A DNA stretch of 64,000 bases, from NCBI GenBank assembly GCA_965228735.1, contig OZ245838.1, positions 1,888,001 to 1,952,000 on the forward strand, given 5' to 3'. Made by a program: the position numbers and the translations under genes. Origin of the DNA: Planctomycetota bacterium (lineage in GTDB: Bacteria; Planctomycetota; UBA1135; UBA2386). Below, piece by piece: positions 46,175-55,998 of this stretch (its first letter is position 1; every line of letters begins with the position of its first letter). Under the pieces are notes generated by a model. The model was not told where the DNA came from. It did no database searches and worked only from the letters and a program-made list of their open reading frames with translations.

Positions 46175-49039
46175 CTATCGCTCGTGCTCCTGCGCCAGGG
46201 CCCGGATCCGCGGATCCGAGTCGAGCACACCCTCATGCACGAGTAGTCCGCACCGCCACAGCCCCGGATCGCGCGAAGCAAGCGCTCGATATGCCGCGAG
46301 TCGGACACCGGCGTCCACGTGCAACGTCTGATGGACGACGTCACGCTCGAGAGCCGTGGACCACGTCGGCTGTTCGGCGGCCAACTCGAGCGCGCTGCGT
46401 CTCGTCACCGGCGACCCGGCCAAGAACCCGGCCAACTGCTCCTGTCGCAAGGCCGGGTAGATCTCACGGATCGTAGCCTCGTCGACATCGATACCGGCCA
46501 GGGCAACTTCCGCCGGCCGCACCCTCGGTGAAGCTCGCAGACGCGCGGCAGGATCCAGCCTGAGCTGGGCCGCCACCAGAATCGGACTCGGATTGGTCGA
46601 GCCTTTTCGTCCACTCGCGGGCAGCCGATCGGTCAGCCCCCCCAGGTTCGGGATCGGCAGGTTGGCGAGCAAAGCGGCTCCGACGACCGCCGCCAAGGCC
46701 CGCGACTCCGACTGACCGAGCTGCCGTTCGACGACCTCGGCCGCGATCTCGCGCCCCGCCTCGCCGAGTGCGCTCGAACGCCGAATCACTGCGAGCCCGA
46801 CTTCGAGCGCGGTAGCCGCACCCAACGCTCGCAGCGCGCGCAAGTCGTCGGCCGGCGACGAAGGCGACGCGCGCGCGATGCTCCCGGCAAGCCCGGGGCC
46901 CCATTCGTCCGCCGTCGCGCGATCGGCTGGGAGAATCGCCGCCAGTTCCGGGAGCGAGCGGAACGAGTTGCCGAGTGCGCGAACCGCAAGTTCCTTGGGC
47001 ACCTGGCCCCCGCTGGCCAGCGCGATCAGGCGTTCCCAGCGATCAGGGCTCAGCCCGGACAACGCCCAAGCGAGGTCCTGACGTCGCTGCCCACCAGCAC
47101 GCCATTCCCGAACGAGCACATCGGGCGCGAATACGCCGACCGCCTGGACTGCATGACGGTCGCACCCAGTCTGAAGCACGTGTTGCGCCCGCTCAGCCGG
47201 CACCACATCGAGCCGCCTGAGATCCAGCAACAACGAATGGCGCTCGTCCTCGCCGGCGAGTGCCTCGTCGTATGCCGGCAGCACCTCTTCCGGCACGCTC
47301 ACGAACAGCGCCCGGATCGCGGCCGGGATGAGCACCGATTCCGGATCGGATGTCGGGGCGAACCCCAATCCCGCTCCGCCCAGACGTGGATGCAGCAACT
47401 TGAACAGCCGCTTCGCCTCCGGCGGCGACAACGCTGGCGCGAGGCGAACGACGCACTCGAGCAGCAACCGGCGGTGCGAGGCCGAGGTGTCCAGCGTGTT
47501 CGGCATGCGCGCTCTGCGAGGCCGGTTCTTCGCCGCCAACGCGGACTCCAACGCAGCCATCAGCGGCTCCGCGAGGGGCGTGGCATGGTGCGATGCAGCC
47601 GTGAACAAGGCCTGCGAGGGCCGGTTGGCGGGCGGCCCCACCGGAGGCGGCCCCATCATGCAGATCGTGGACCGCGCGCGAGCGAAGAACAACCGCGCCC
47701 GATCCTGATCGAGCGCGTCGACCGCGATCGCGACGAGTCGATCGAGCAACGCGGAATCCGCCGTCTGCGCGAGCAGCCGATCGGCCAGTATGGCCGCGGC
47801 ATCCTCGACCCGCGCGTCGCCGTGATCGAGCAACGCGAGCACGATGCCGGCCGAACGCTGCGCCACCGCCAGCGGCATCGTGTCGAGCTGCGCGAGCGCG
47901 TGCATCGCACGCACGGTGACATCGCCGGTGTCCGCGTTCGCGGCCAGGCCGAGCACCGTCCGGTAGTGCTCCGGGTGCAGCTCCGCGGCCTGTCGGAAGT
48001 ACTCCGTTGCCAGTTGGAACTCTGGCGTCGGCGCCCGCACCCGCGATCCACTTGCCCCGCTTGGCCCCGGCTTTCGCCCCTTCGGATCTGGATCCGGCGG
48101 AACCCGCTCTGCTGCCGCAAGGAACGCTCGTGCGAGGCGCCGCCGCGCCGCCGCCGGCAGCGCACCCTGCGTCGTCGATCGCACCATCGCCCCCGCGGGC
48201 GACCGCCCGGCGTCGAGCGCACGCGCCATGCGTCGCGCGGTCCGCTCGTTGAGACCGAGACGCGGGATGTGCGTTTCCTCGCCGAGCATCGCGACGATCT
48301 CCGGTCGCTGCTCGTACTTCAGCAATCGTCGAAGCGCCCAACTCGCCCGCGCCCGCACGCGGTCGTCGGGGTCCGCGAGGGCACCACGCAAGACGAACGG
48401 GCTCACGCGGTAACGATCGTTCGCGACGAACGCCCACACGTGAAAGGCAGACTGCTCCCGGGCGACCGCCGTGCACGCCTCCACCTGCTCGATCTGCCCA
48501 GTGGCCGCGGCCCGGTAGAGCGCCCGTCCGGACGCCTGCAGCCGAGCGTCGCGATGGCGCAGCCAGGATTCGAACACCGCAGGCACCGCCTGCGCAGCCA
48601 CGAACTCGAAGTCCACGCGCTCGTCCGCGTCCGCAGCCGCGTGACGTGCGACCGACTCATCGTGAAACCACTCGCACTTCGCGAGCACGCTCGCCCAACG
48701 CCGGCGACACTCCGGTCGCTCGTCCCACGATGCCCAGATCTCGGTCCGGCGCGTCGCCAGCGCCGCCACGACGCGATCCCTCGACCCCCCTGGCAAGTCC
48801 GCCCGTCGCGCGGCGACCGCCACGAACAGGTCGTCGAGCGCCGCAGCCGCGACGAGTTCGCGCAGATCGGTCTGATCGAAACGCGAAGCCGCAGCGACCA
48901 CACGAACCCCGAGATCCATCTGCTCCGCCGAAGGCTCCTGCGCGAGCGGCTCCTGCGCGATCAGGCAGATCGAACCCGCCAAGGGCAGCCAACCAGCGGC
49001 GGCCAGCGCGACGTTCTGCCAGACTCGTCCCACGCTCAT
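46175..49039 (-). CDS. Exported HEAT/ARM-like repeat protein, paralog A
   Basis: 954 aa Ala/Leu/Arg helical; L.D.D..VR..A motifs. Confidence 0.75.
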   Translation of the reverse strand: MSVGRVWQNVALAAAGWLPLAGSICLIAQEPLAQEPSAEQMDLGVRVVAAASRFDQTDLRELVAAAALDDLFVAVAARRADLPGGSRDRVVAALATRRTEIWASWDERPECRRRWASVLAKCEWFHDESVARHAAADADERVDFEFVAAQAVPAVFESWLRHRDARLQASGRALYRAAATGQIEQVEACTAVAREQSAFHVWAFVANDRYRVSPFVLRGALADPDDRVRARASWALRRLLKYEQRPEIVAMLGEETHIPRLGLNERTARRMARALDAGRSPAGAMVRSTTQGALPAAARRRLARAFLAAAERVPPDPDPKGRKPGPSGASGSRVRAPTPEFQLATEYFRQAAELHPEHYRTVLGLAANADTGDVTVRAMHALAQLDTMPLAVAQRSAGIVLALLDHGDARVEDAAAILADRLLAQTADSALLDRLVAIAVDALDQDRARLFFARARSTICMMGPPPVGPPANRPSQALFTAASHHATPLAEPLMAALESALAAKNRPRRARMPNTLDTSASHRRLLLECVVRLAPALSPPEAKRLFKLLHPRLGGAGLGFAPTSDPESVLIPAAIRALFVSVPEEVLPAYDEALAGEDERHSLLLDLRRLDVVPAERAQHVLQTGCDRHAVQAVGVFAPDVLVREWRAGGQRRQDLAWALSGLSPDRWERLIALASGGQVPKELAVRALGNSFRSLPELAAILPADRATADEWGPGLAGSIARASPSSPADDLRALRALGAATALEVGLAVIRRSSALGEAGREIAAEVVERQLGQSESRALAAVVGAALLANLPIPNLGGLTDRLPASGRKGSTNPSPILVAAQLRLDPAARLRASPRVRPAEVALAGIDVDEATIREIYPALRQEQLAGFLAGSPVTRRSALELAAEQPTWSTALERDVVHQTLHVDAGVRLAAYRALASRDPGLWRCGLLVHEGVLDSDPRIRALAQEHER

Positions 49040-49126
49040 GACCCGATGATCGCAAGTCCCGAGCGTTCCGCAAGGGGCGCGGCGGTCACCGCACTGGGCG
49101 AGGGAGCAACGAGTGTGGAATCGCGT

Positions 49127-51931
49127 CTACCGCCTCTGCTCATGCGCAAGGGTCCGGATCCGCGGATCCGGGTCGAACGCGCCCTCGTGCACGAGCAGTC
49201 CGCACAGCCACAGCCGAGAATCACGCGTTGCCAACGCGCGGTACGCCGCCAGGCGAACGTCGGCATCCACGTGCGAGGTCTGGCGAACGATCCCCTGCTC
49301 GAGCCGTTCGGGCCACACCGCGAACTCGCCGGCGATCGTCAGGGCGCTGCAGCGAGTCGCATTCGATCCGGACAACAGACGACGCAACCACTCGACGCGC
49401 AGGTTCGGATAGATCTGGCGCAGCGTCGGCGCATCGACGTCGATGCCCGCGAGTGCGATCTCATGGGGCGTCGGCGGAATCCGCGCGTGCAGTCGCTCCT
49501 TCGGTCGTGCTCTGAGCTCGGCGGCGTTCGCGACCCTCCTGGCCTCGCCTCGCGCCGGCGAACCGTCGTTCCGCAGTCGCTGCAACAGCAACGGCAAATC
49601 AGGCAGCGGCAGGTTCTGCTCGAGCGCGCACCGTACGACCGCGGTCAGTTCACGCACGTCGACTTGTGCGGTCTGCCGCTCGACGACTTCGGCAGCGAGC
49701 GTGCGCCCCGCGTCACCGAGCTTGCCCGCGCGCCGGATCACCGCGAGGCCGACGTCGAGCACGGGTGAGACGCCGAGGACGCGCAAGGCCTCGAGGTCCG
49801 CCGCGGCGCTGGATGGTCGCGCCCTCGCGATCTGCTTCGCGAGATGGCGCCCCCAGAGTTCGACCGTCGTCAAGCTGGTCGGCAACAACGCGGCAAGCTG
49901 CGGCAGCGAACGCACGTCGTCGTCCAATGCGGCGACGACGAACTCCCGCGGCAGCACGCCGCCCTCCGCGAGTGTCACGAGCCGGTCGGACCGGCCCCTG
50001 CCGCGATGCCGCAGCGCCACCACAGCCGTCCGCCGCCGCTCACCGCCCGCGCGCCACTCTGCCGCGAGTTCTTTCGGCGCGAACAAACCGACGGCCGCGA
50101 GCGCGGCCTGGTCTCTCCCGGCATCGAGCACGTAGCGGGCACGGTCGGCGGGCACCTCGTCGAGCGTGCCGAGGTCCCGGAGCATGGCTCGACGCGCATT
50201 CGGTTCCGCGAGCATCGCGTCATACGACGACAGCAGTTCCGGCGGCACGCTGACGAAGAGGCCACGCATCGCGGCCTTCGCGAGTTCGAGCTCCGGGTCG
50301 TAATCGTGCTCCGCACGCGCCTCGCCAGCACGAACTCTCGGCATCACCAGCCCATGCAGTCGTTTCGCGTCCTCCGGCGACAGCGATGGGGCCGCTTGTG
50401 CGGCGCAGTCGAGCAGGAAACGCGATTCATAGCTCCGATTCTCGACACCGCGGCGAGCGCCCTGCCGGGCCAATCCGCGGGTCAGCGCATCTACCAAAGG
50501 GGCACCGATTGCACGCGGTCGCAGCCTGGCCAAGGCGTAAACGGCCTGCGACGCCAGGTTCGCGGGCGGCCCCACCGGCGGTGGCCCAACGCCGCAGAAG
50601 GCGAGTGTCGCGGCGAACGCCAGTTCGCCTGGTTCGTGCTCCAACGCTCCGACGGCGATCTCGGAGAGCCGGCGCCGCAGCGCGGGATCGTCGTCGATCG
50701 CCAGCGCCCGTGAAGCCAACTCCGCCGCGGCGACGGCCACACCGGCGTTCTCGTGATCGAGCAATGCGCGAACTACGCCCGACGAACGCCCCGCGACCTC
50801 CGGCGGCATCCGATCCAGGGAGATGAGACCTCGAAGCGCGCGTGCCGTCACGGCCGGGCTCTCGGCATTCACCGCGAACGCGAGCACCGCCATGAACTCT
50901 TCGGGGTGGAGCCGCGCCGCCGCCGCGAACCACTGTACCGCGGCGTTGTCCCGCTGCCGCCGTACCAGCTCCTTCAGCGTCCCCTGGGCCCGACCCGAAC
51001 CATCCACGACAGGGACCCTGGCCGCCGCCGCGATCAATGCGCGCGCCAGTTCACGGCGGACCGGTTTCGACAAGACGGCTGGCGATTCGAAGCCAGGAAC
51101 GAGGACCGTTAGCGTGCCGGCCTGCAGCTCGCGGAGCAAGCGGCGCGCCACCTCGTCGTTCAGCCGCGGGGGCGGCTCGATCTCGCTACCGAGCAGACGC
51201 GAGACCTCGGCCGGCGGCTCCCACTTCATGAGCCGACGCAGCGCCCAGCAAGCGCGCGCGCGCACGTGCGCGTCACCGTCGAACAATGCATCGCGGAGCA
51301 CGAACGGGCTGAGGCGGGGGAACCCGTTCCATACATGGGCTCGCACGAGGAATGCCGAACGCACGCGCGCCACGGCCGTGCAGTCGTCAGCATGAGCAGC
51401 CTGTCCCGCAACCGCCGCCCGATAGAGCGCGTGGCCGGACGCCCGCAGCCGGTCGCTCGGCGTGCGAAGCCAACGCTCGAGCAGCACGGGCGGGGCGTGC
51501 TGCGCCACCTGCTCGAGGTCGGCCCGCTCGCGCGCGTCGGCGTTGCTGTGCATCGGGACGACGGCAGACCAGAACCACCGACTGTGCGCGAGACCACGAG
51601 CCCAGGCCGATCGACGCTCCGGCCGCTCGCCCCAGGCTCGTTCGATGTCGGGCTGCCGCGCGGCCAGCGCCTGCTCGACGTTGCTCCATGCGCCCCAGTA
51701 GGACAACTCGGCCTGGTGCTCCGCGACGACAGTGAGCAACTCGTCGATCTCGGTTGCGTCACACAGTGACTGCAGATCCGTATCCGTGGTCGCCCCTCGC
51801 GCAGCGAGAAGGAGTCGGCCCCAGAGTTCCTCCTCCTGCGCCGGCAGTCGAACGAACCCACCGGCAACCAGGAGCACACCGAGCACCCGCCCGATGCTTC
51901 GATCGAAGCCTCGCCCGCTCATCACGGCCAT
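49127..51931 (-). CDS. Exported HEAT/ARM-like repeat protein, paralog B
   Basis: Colinear with paralog A (SPFVLR.AL, GPPPVGPPAN, CGLLVHEG..D.DPRIR). Confidence 0.75.
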   Translation of the reverse strand: MAVMSGRGFDRSIGRVLGVLLVAGGFVRLPAQEEELWGRLLLAARGATTDTDLQSLCDATEIDELLTVVAEHQAELSYWGAWSNVEQALAARQPDIERAWGERPERRSAWARGLAHSRWFWSAVVPMHSNADARERADLEQVAQHAPPVLLERWLRTPSDRLRASGHALYRAAVAGQAAHADDCTAVARVRSAFLVRAHVWNGFPRLSPFVLRDALFDGDAHVRARACWALRRLMKWEPPAEVSRLLGSEIEPPPRLNDEVARRLLRELQAGTLTVLVPGFESPAVLSKPVRRELARALIAAAARVPVVDGSGRAQGTLKELVRRQRDNAAVQWFAAAARLHPEEFMAVLAFAVNAESPAVTARALRGLISLDRMPPEVAGRSSGVVRALLDHENAGVAVAAAELASRALAIDDDPALRRRLSEIAVGALEHEPGELAFAATLAFCGVGPPPVGPPANLASQAVYALARLRPRAIGAPLVDALTRGLARQGARRGVENRSYESRFLLDCAAQAAPSLSPEDAKRLHGLVMPRVRAGEARAEHDYDPELELAKAAMRGLFVSVPPELLSSYDAMLAEPNARRAMLRDLGTLDEVPADRARYVLDAGRDQAALAAVGLFAPKELAAEWRAGGERRRTAVVALRHRGRGRSDRLVTLAEGGVLPREFVVAALDDDVRSLPQLAALLPTSLTTVELWGRHLAKQIARARPSSAAADLEALRVLGVSPVLDVGLAVIRRAGKLGDAGRTLAAEVVERQTAQVDVRELTAVVRCALEQNLPLPDLPLLLQRLRNDGSPARGEARRVANAAELRARPKERLHARIPPTPHEIALAGIDVDAPTLRQIYPNLRVEWLRRLLSGSNATRCSALTIAGEFAVWPERLEQGIVRQTSHVDADVRLAAYRALATRDSRLWLCGLLVHEGAFDPDPRIRTLAHEQRR

Positions 51932-51967
51932 GATCTTCGACCGCTGTCCGAGCGCAAGGACCCGGGG

Positions 51968-52540
51968 CTACGGGACAACCCCTGCCGCCCAACCCTGTAC
52001 GTCAGGCACCACGGCGGCCAGCAGCTTCCGCACCGCGCGGATCCGCGACTCGTACAGATTGCTGTTCGCCAGCTCCCAACCCGACTCGCCGGCGTTGGAG
52101 TCGATCTCGTAGCTGCGCTCGAAGACCCGCCCGTCGTGGTCGATCGTCAGCTGCGCGTCGATCGTCAGCTGATGATACGACGGGCGATAGTGCGTGCCGC
52201 GGAACGCAAACGTCACGTGCACCGGCTCTGGGTCGGCCTTGCGCCCCTCGCGCATCGCCGCGAAGACTTCGAGACGAACGAGCTCACTGCGCAGCAGCTC
52301 CCCGAACTCGATCTGCTCCTCCGCTCCGAAGTTGGTCGTCTCGGACGGCAGCCTGTTGCCGCCGAACGGCACGATGACGGGCACCTCACTCGTCGCCACG
52401 CCCTTGACGAGCTGCAGCGTGGCGTCGACGCCGGTTCGCACACTCGGTTCGGCATCGAGCTTCACCGTGTCGAACGGAATCGGCGCGACGCAGCTGGCGA
52501 CCAGGGCGAAGAACAGGACGGGAGTTCGGACAACGCGCAC
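51968..52540 (-). CDS. Hypothetical lipoprotein
   Basis: LVASC lipobox; start uncertain. Confidence 0.55.
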   Translation of the reverse strand: MRVVRTPVLFFALVASCVAPIPFDTVKLDAEPSVRTGVDATLQLVKGVATSEVPVIVPFGGNRLPSETTNFGAEEQIEFGELLRSELVRLEVFAAMREGRKADPEPVHVTFAFRGTHYRPSYHQLTIDAQLTIDHDGRVFERSYEIDSNAGESGWELANSNLYESRIRAVRKLLAAVVPDVQGWAAGVVP

Positions 52541-52591
52541 AGCAGCAGTGCAGCGACAGTTGAGCAAACGCGCAAGGCGCCTGCCGCAGAT

Positions 52592-55306
52592 TCAACGAAG
52601 CGTCCGCGCCGGCCGCAGCCCCAGGTCGGCGATGTTCGTCCACTTGCTACGACGGTCGCGCTTCGCAACGCGCAAGTCCTGGGGTCGCGTCAGGTACGCA
52701 CCGCCACGAAGCTGCCGAAAGCCGGGATGGCCACCACTGTGCCGACCGTCCCCTGCGGCGTGCGGCACGGAGTACCCGACCGGGGTATCGAGGCACCATT
52801 CGCCGACGTTGCCGAGCATGTCGTGCAGTCCGAACGCGTTCGGGCGATAGCTGCCGACCGGGGCGACGTGCACGACGCCGTCGTCGAGAGCCCACGCCAC
52901 CGGGTTGGAGGCCGCGGTCGACGGCTCGTGCTGCATGTAGACCCGGTCGTAGCAGTTCACGGCGCCGGCCAGCGACGCGGGGTCGTCGCCCCACGGGTGA
53001 ATGGTGCTCGAGCCGGCTCGGGCCGCGTACTCCCACTGCGCTTCGGTCGGCAGCGTCAGTCCGAGCGCGCGGGTGACCTCGTCGCAGCCGACCCAATGCA
53101 CCGTTTCGACCGGATCGCGCGGCCCGAAATCGTTGAAGTCGTCGTGCGTGCCGCGCAACTGCCCGGCTCGGCGGCCCGTGAAGAACCGCCACTGCGCCTT
53201 CGTCATCTCGAACTTGGAGAGCAGGAACGGGTCGAGTTCGACCTCGTGAACGGGCCGCTCGATCGAAACGGACCCCGGATCGACGTTCGCCGATCCGGGC
53301 GGGTGACCCGCGTCCGGCAGCCGCGCTCCCATCCAAAACCGACCACCCGGCAACAGCACGAAGACGAGGCCCACGTCGTCGGTCAGGACCAACTCGCCGT
53401 CGTCGTCCCGTTCCGCAATTCGTCCCGTCTGCGGATGCCCGAACTCGTGGTATCCGGTCCGCGGATCGCGACCGAGCGGGACGAGCCCGATCTGCGGGGC
53501 GATCGCCAGGCCACCGTACCACGGACTGGTCTCGAGGTTCGCGATGTCCGCGACCACCTGCGACCAGAGCTCCGCGTGCTCGTCGATCGTGATGCGCGCC
53601 AGCCGCGGCACGATCTCCAACCACCGCGCCACCGTGTGGAGTGATCCCGACTCGGGATCCGAGAACTCGTCGCAGAGCGCGAGCACCCGAGTCAGGCTCT
53701 CGTGCTCCCATTCGTCCGCCGGGTCGGCGAAGCGCCATGGCTGCCCCACTTCGGCATCGATCTCGGCCAGCCGTCGTTCGAGCGCGGCGATCTCCTGCCG
53801 CTGCGCCGCCGTGGGAGTCGCCCCGAGTTCGGACCGCCGATGGTCCAGCCGGTGGCCGAGCTCGCGGCGTTCGTCCCAGGTCGGATGGCGCCGGCGATGC
53901 CGCTCGATGTCGGCCGCGACGTTGACGAGCGCCCGCCGGCGAACGGCTGCGAGCGCGCGGGCGTGCAGCGGCCGCCGCGCGACAGCCGCGCGCCCCTTCG
54001 CGAGCCAGACGCGCAGTGTGTCGGCGTCCGAAACGCGCGCCGCCGGGAGGTGGGCGAATTCGTTCTGCAGTTGCTCGATCAAGCGCCCATCGGCCAGTCG
54101 CCGGAGATCGCCCACGGTCTCGTCGAGCGCCCGGTTCTGCCGCAGCGTCGCCACGAACGCCACCACCACGGTGATGAACAACGCCGCCCCGAGTCCGGCC
54201 GGCAGCGGGTTGCGGCGCACGAACTTGCGGAGCCTGACCCACGCCGATGCCGGCCGCGCGACGATCGGACGATCGGCGAGCACGCGCCGCACTTCCGCCG
54301 CGAGTTCGGGCACCGAGTGGTAGCGGCGGCTCGGATCCTTGTCGATCGCCGTGGCAAGGACGACCGCGAGATCACCACCGAGGCGGCGATCGCGGCGTCC
54401 CAGCGGCACCGGCTCGGTCTCGACGATCGTGCGGGCCGCGGTCGCGACGTCGCGCCCGTGGACCTCGAACGGCAACTGGCCCGTGAGCAACTCGTAAGCG
54501 ATGACCCCGAGCGACCAGACGTCACTGCCGACAGTCACCTCGTCGCGACGCCCCTACACCTGCTCGGGGCTCATGTAGGCGAGCGTTCCGACCATGCGGC
54601 CGGCGTCGGTCAATCTCGTGCCATTGGCGCCGTCGCCGTCGATCGCACGCGCCACGCCGAAGTCGAGCACCTTGGGCTCGCCCGCAGCGGTGACCAGGAT
54701 GTTGTCCGGCTTGAGGTCCCGATGGAGCACACCTTTGTGATGGGCATGAGCGACGGCGTCGCAGATCGCAACGAACAGCTCGAGACGTTCGCGTCGCCCG
54801 ATCCGACGTTCGTCCACGTACTCGTCGAGCGGCTGCCCCTCGACGTACTCCATGGCGAAGAACGGCGCCACCCCGTCGCCGTCGCGATACGTTCCGGATC
54901 CGAAGACCTGCGTGATGCCCGGGTGCTGCAGGCTCGCGAGCGCCTCGACCTCGTACTCGAAGCGCCGCGCCAGCCCGGGCACCGTTCCGGCCCGCATGAC
55001 CTTCAGCGCGACGCGGCGGTTGGGTTGATCCTGGATCGCCTCGTAGACCACCCCCATCCCGCCGGCGCCGATGCGGCGCACGATCGTGTACTCGGCGATC
55101 CGCCCCGGCACCGCATTGCACTCGATCGCCATCGGCGTCGCCCCGATCACGTCGACCTCGGCATGGGCCAACAAGGATCGCACTTCGGCGAGCAACTCCG
55201 CGTCCGCGCCGCAACGTTGCTCGACCCAGGCCGCTCGCGCCGCGCGGTCGACGTCGAGCGCGGCGCTGACGACGTCCCAGGCCGTTCGGAACCGGCGGGC
55301 ATCCAT
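52592..55306 (-). pseudogene. Ser/Thr kinase-TM-FGE/SUMF1 domain protein interrupted by in-frame TAG
   Basis: GAGGMG, VALK, HRDLKPDN, DFG, YMSPEQV*GRRDEVTVGSDVWSLG; C-terminal LPTEAQWEYAARAG, DMLGNVGEW. Confidence 0.85.
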
Positions 55307-55310
55307 GCCG

Positions 55311-55883
55311 CTACTCCGCCTCGTCGGGTCGGAGCTCGCGCGCGAGCCAACCGCGCGCGATCGCGAGGTCCTTGTCGATCGTTCGTCGCGACACACCGAC
55401 GACCAGCGCGATCTCCTCACCCGTCATGTTCGCAAACACGTGCATCTCGAGAACGCGAGCCGGCCGCGGGTGCAGCCCGGCCAGCTGCTCGAGCAGGTCA
55501 TCGACGGCCAGAACGTCGAACGCGCGGTCGGGCACGGCCACGTCGCCGACCGTGATCGCGGCGCGCGGACCACCGCGCTTCTGCGCGTTGCGGCGGCGGG
55601 CATGATCCACGAGGATCTGACGCATCAGCCGAGCCGCCACGGCGGCGAACTTCGCCTTGTTCTCGAAGCCGCGCGCTTCGGCTCCGGCGAGCCGCACGTA
55701 GGCCTCGTTGACGAGCGCCGTCGGCTGGATCGACTGGGCGCGCTGCTCCCGCTCCAACAGCCGCGCCGCGAGATCGCGCAGCTCGTCGTAGACCAGGGGA
55801 ACGAGCTCCTCGGCCGCGCCGTCCTCGCCCGCGACCAGCAGATCGAGCAATCGATGCGTTCTGGCGTGTGGGGAATCGGACAT
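55311..55883 (-). CDS. ECF sigma factor, Ser/Thr-kinase-associated type
   Basis: LVPLVYDELR.LA, IQPTALVNEAY.RL, MRQILVDHARRR.AQKRGG; 4 nt upstream of the kinase. Confidence 0.9.
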   Translation of the reverse strand: MSDSPHARTHRLLDLLVAGEDGAAEELVPLVYDELRDLAARLLEREQRAQSIQPTALVNEAYVRLAGAEARGFENKAKFAAVAARLMRQILVDHARRRNAQKRGGPRAAITVGDVAVPDRAFDVLAVDDLLEQLAGLHPRPARVLEMHVFANMTGEEIALVVGVSRRTIDKDLAIARGWLARELRPDEAE

Positions 55884-55998
55884 GCGGCGCGAGGCTCCAG
55901 GGCATTGTGCGCCGAATCGGCCGGGTTCGTGATTTCCGCTGCGCTTTTTCCGGGCCCGCGGCCGCATTGGGGGCGACGCCGACCCAACGGAACCCGAC

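Noticed and set aside
47153..49768. Long + strand ORF, and similar ones such as 10924-13125, 2098-3801 and 53702-55555
   Set aside because: Antisense shadows of real genes in high-GC DNA; Arg/Pro-rich or motif-free translations.
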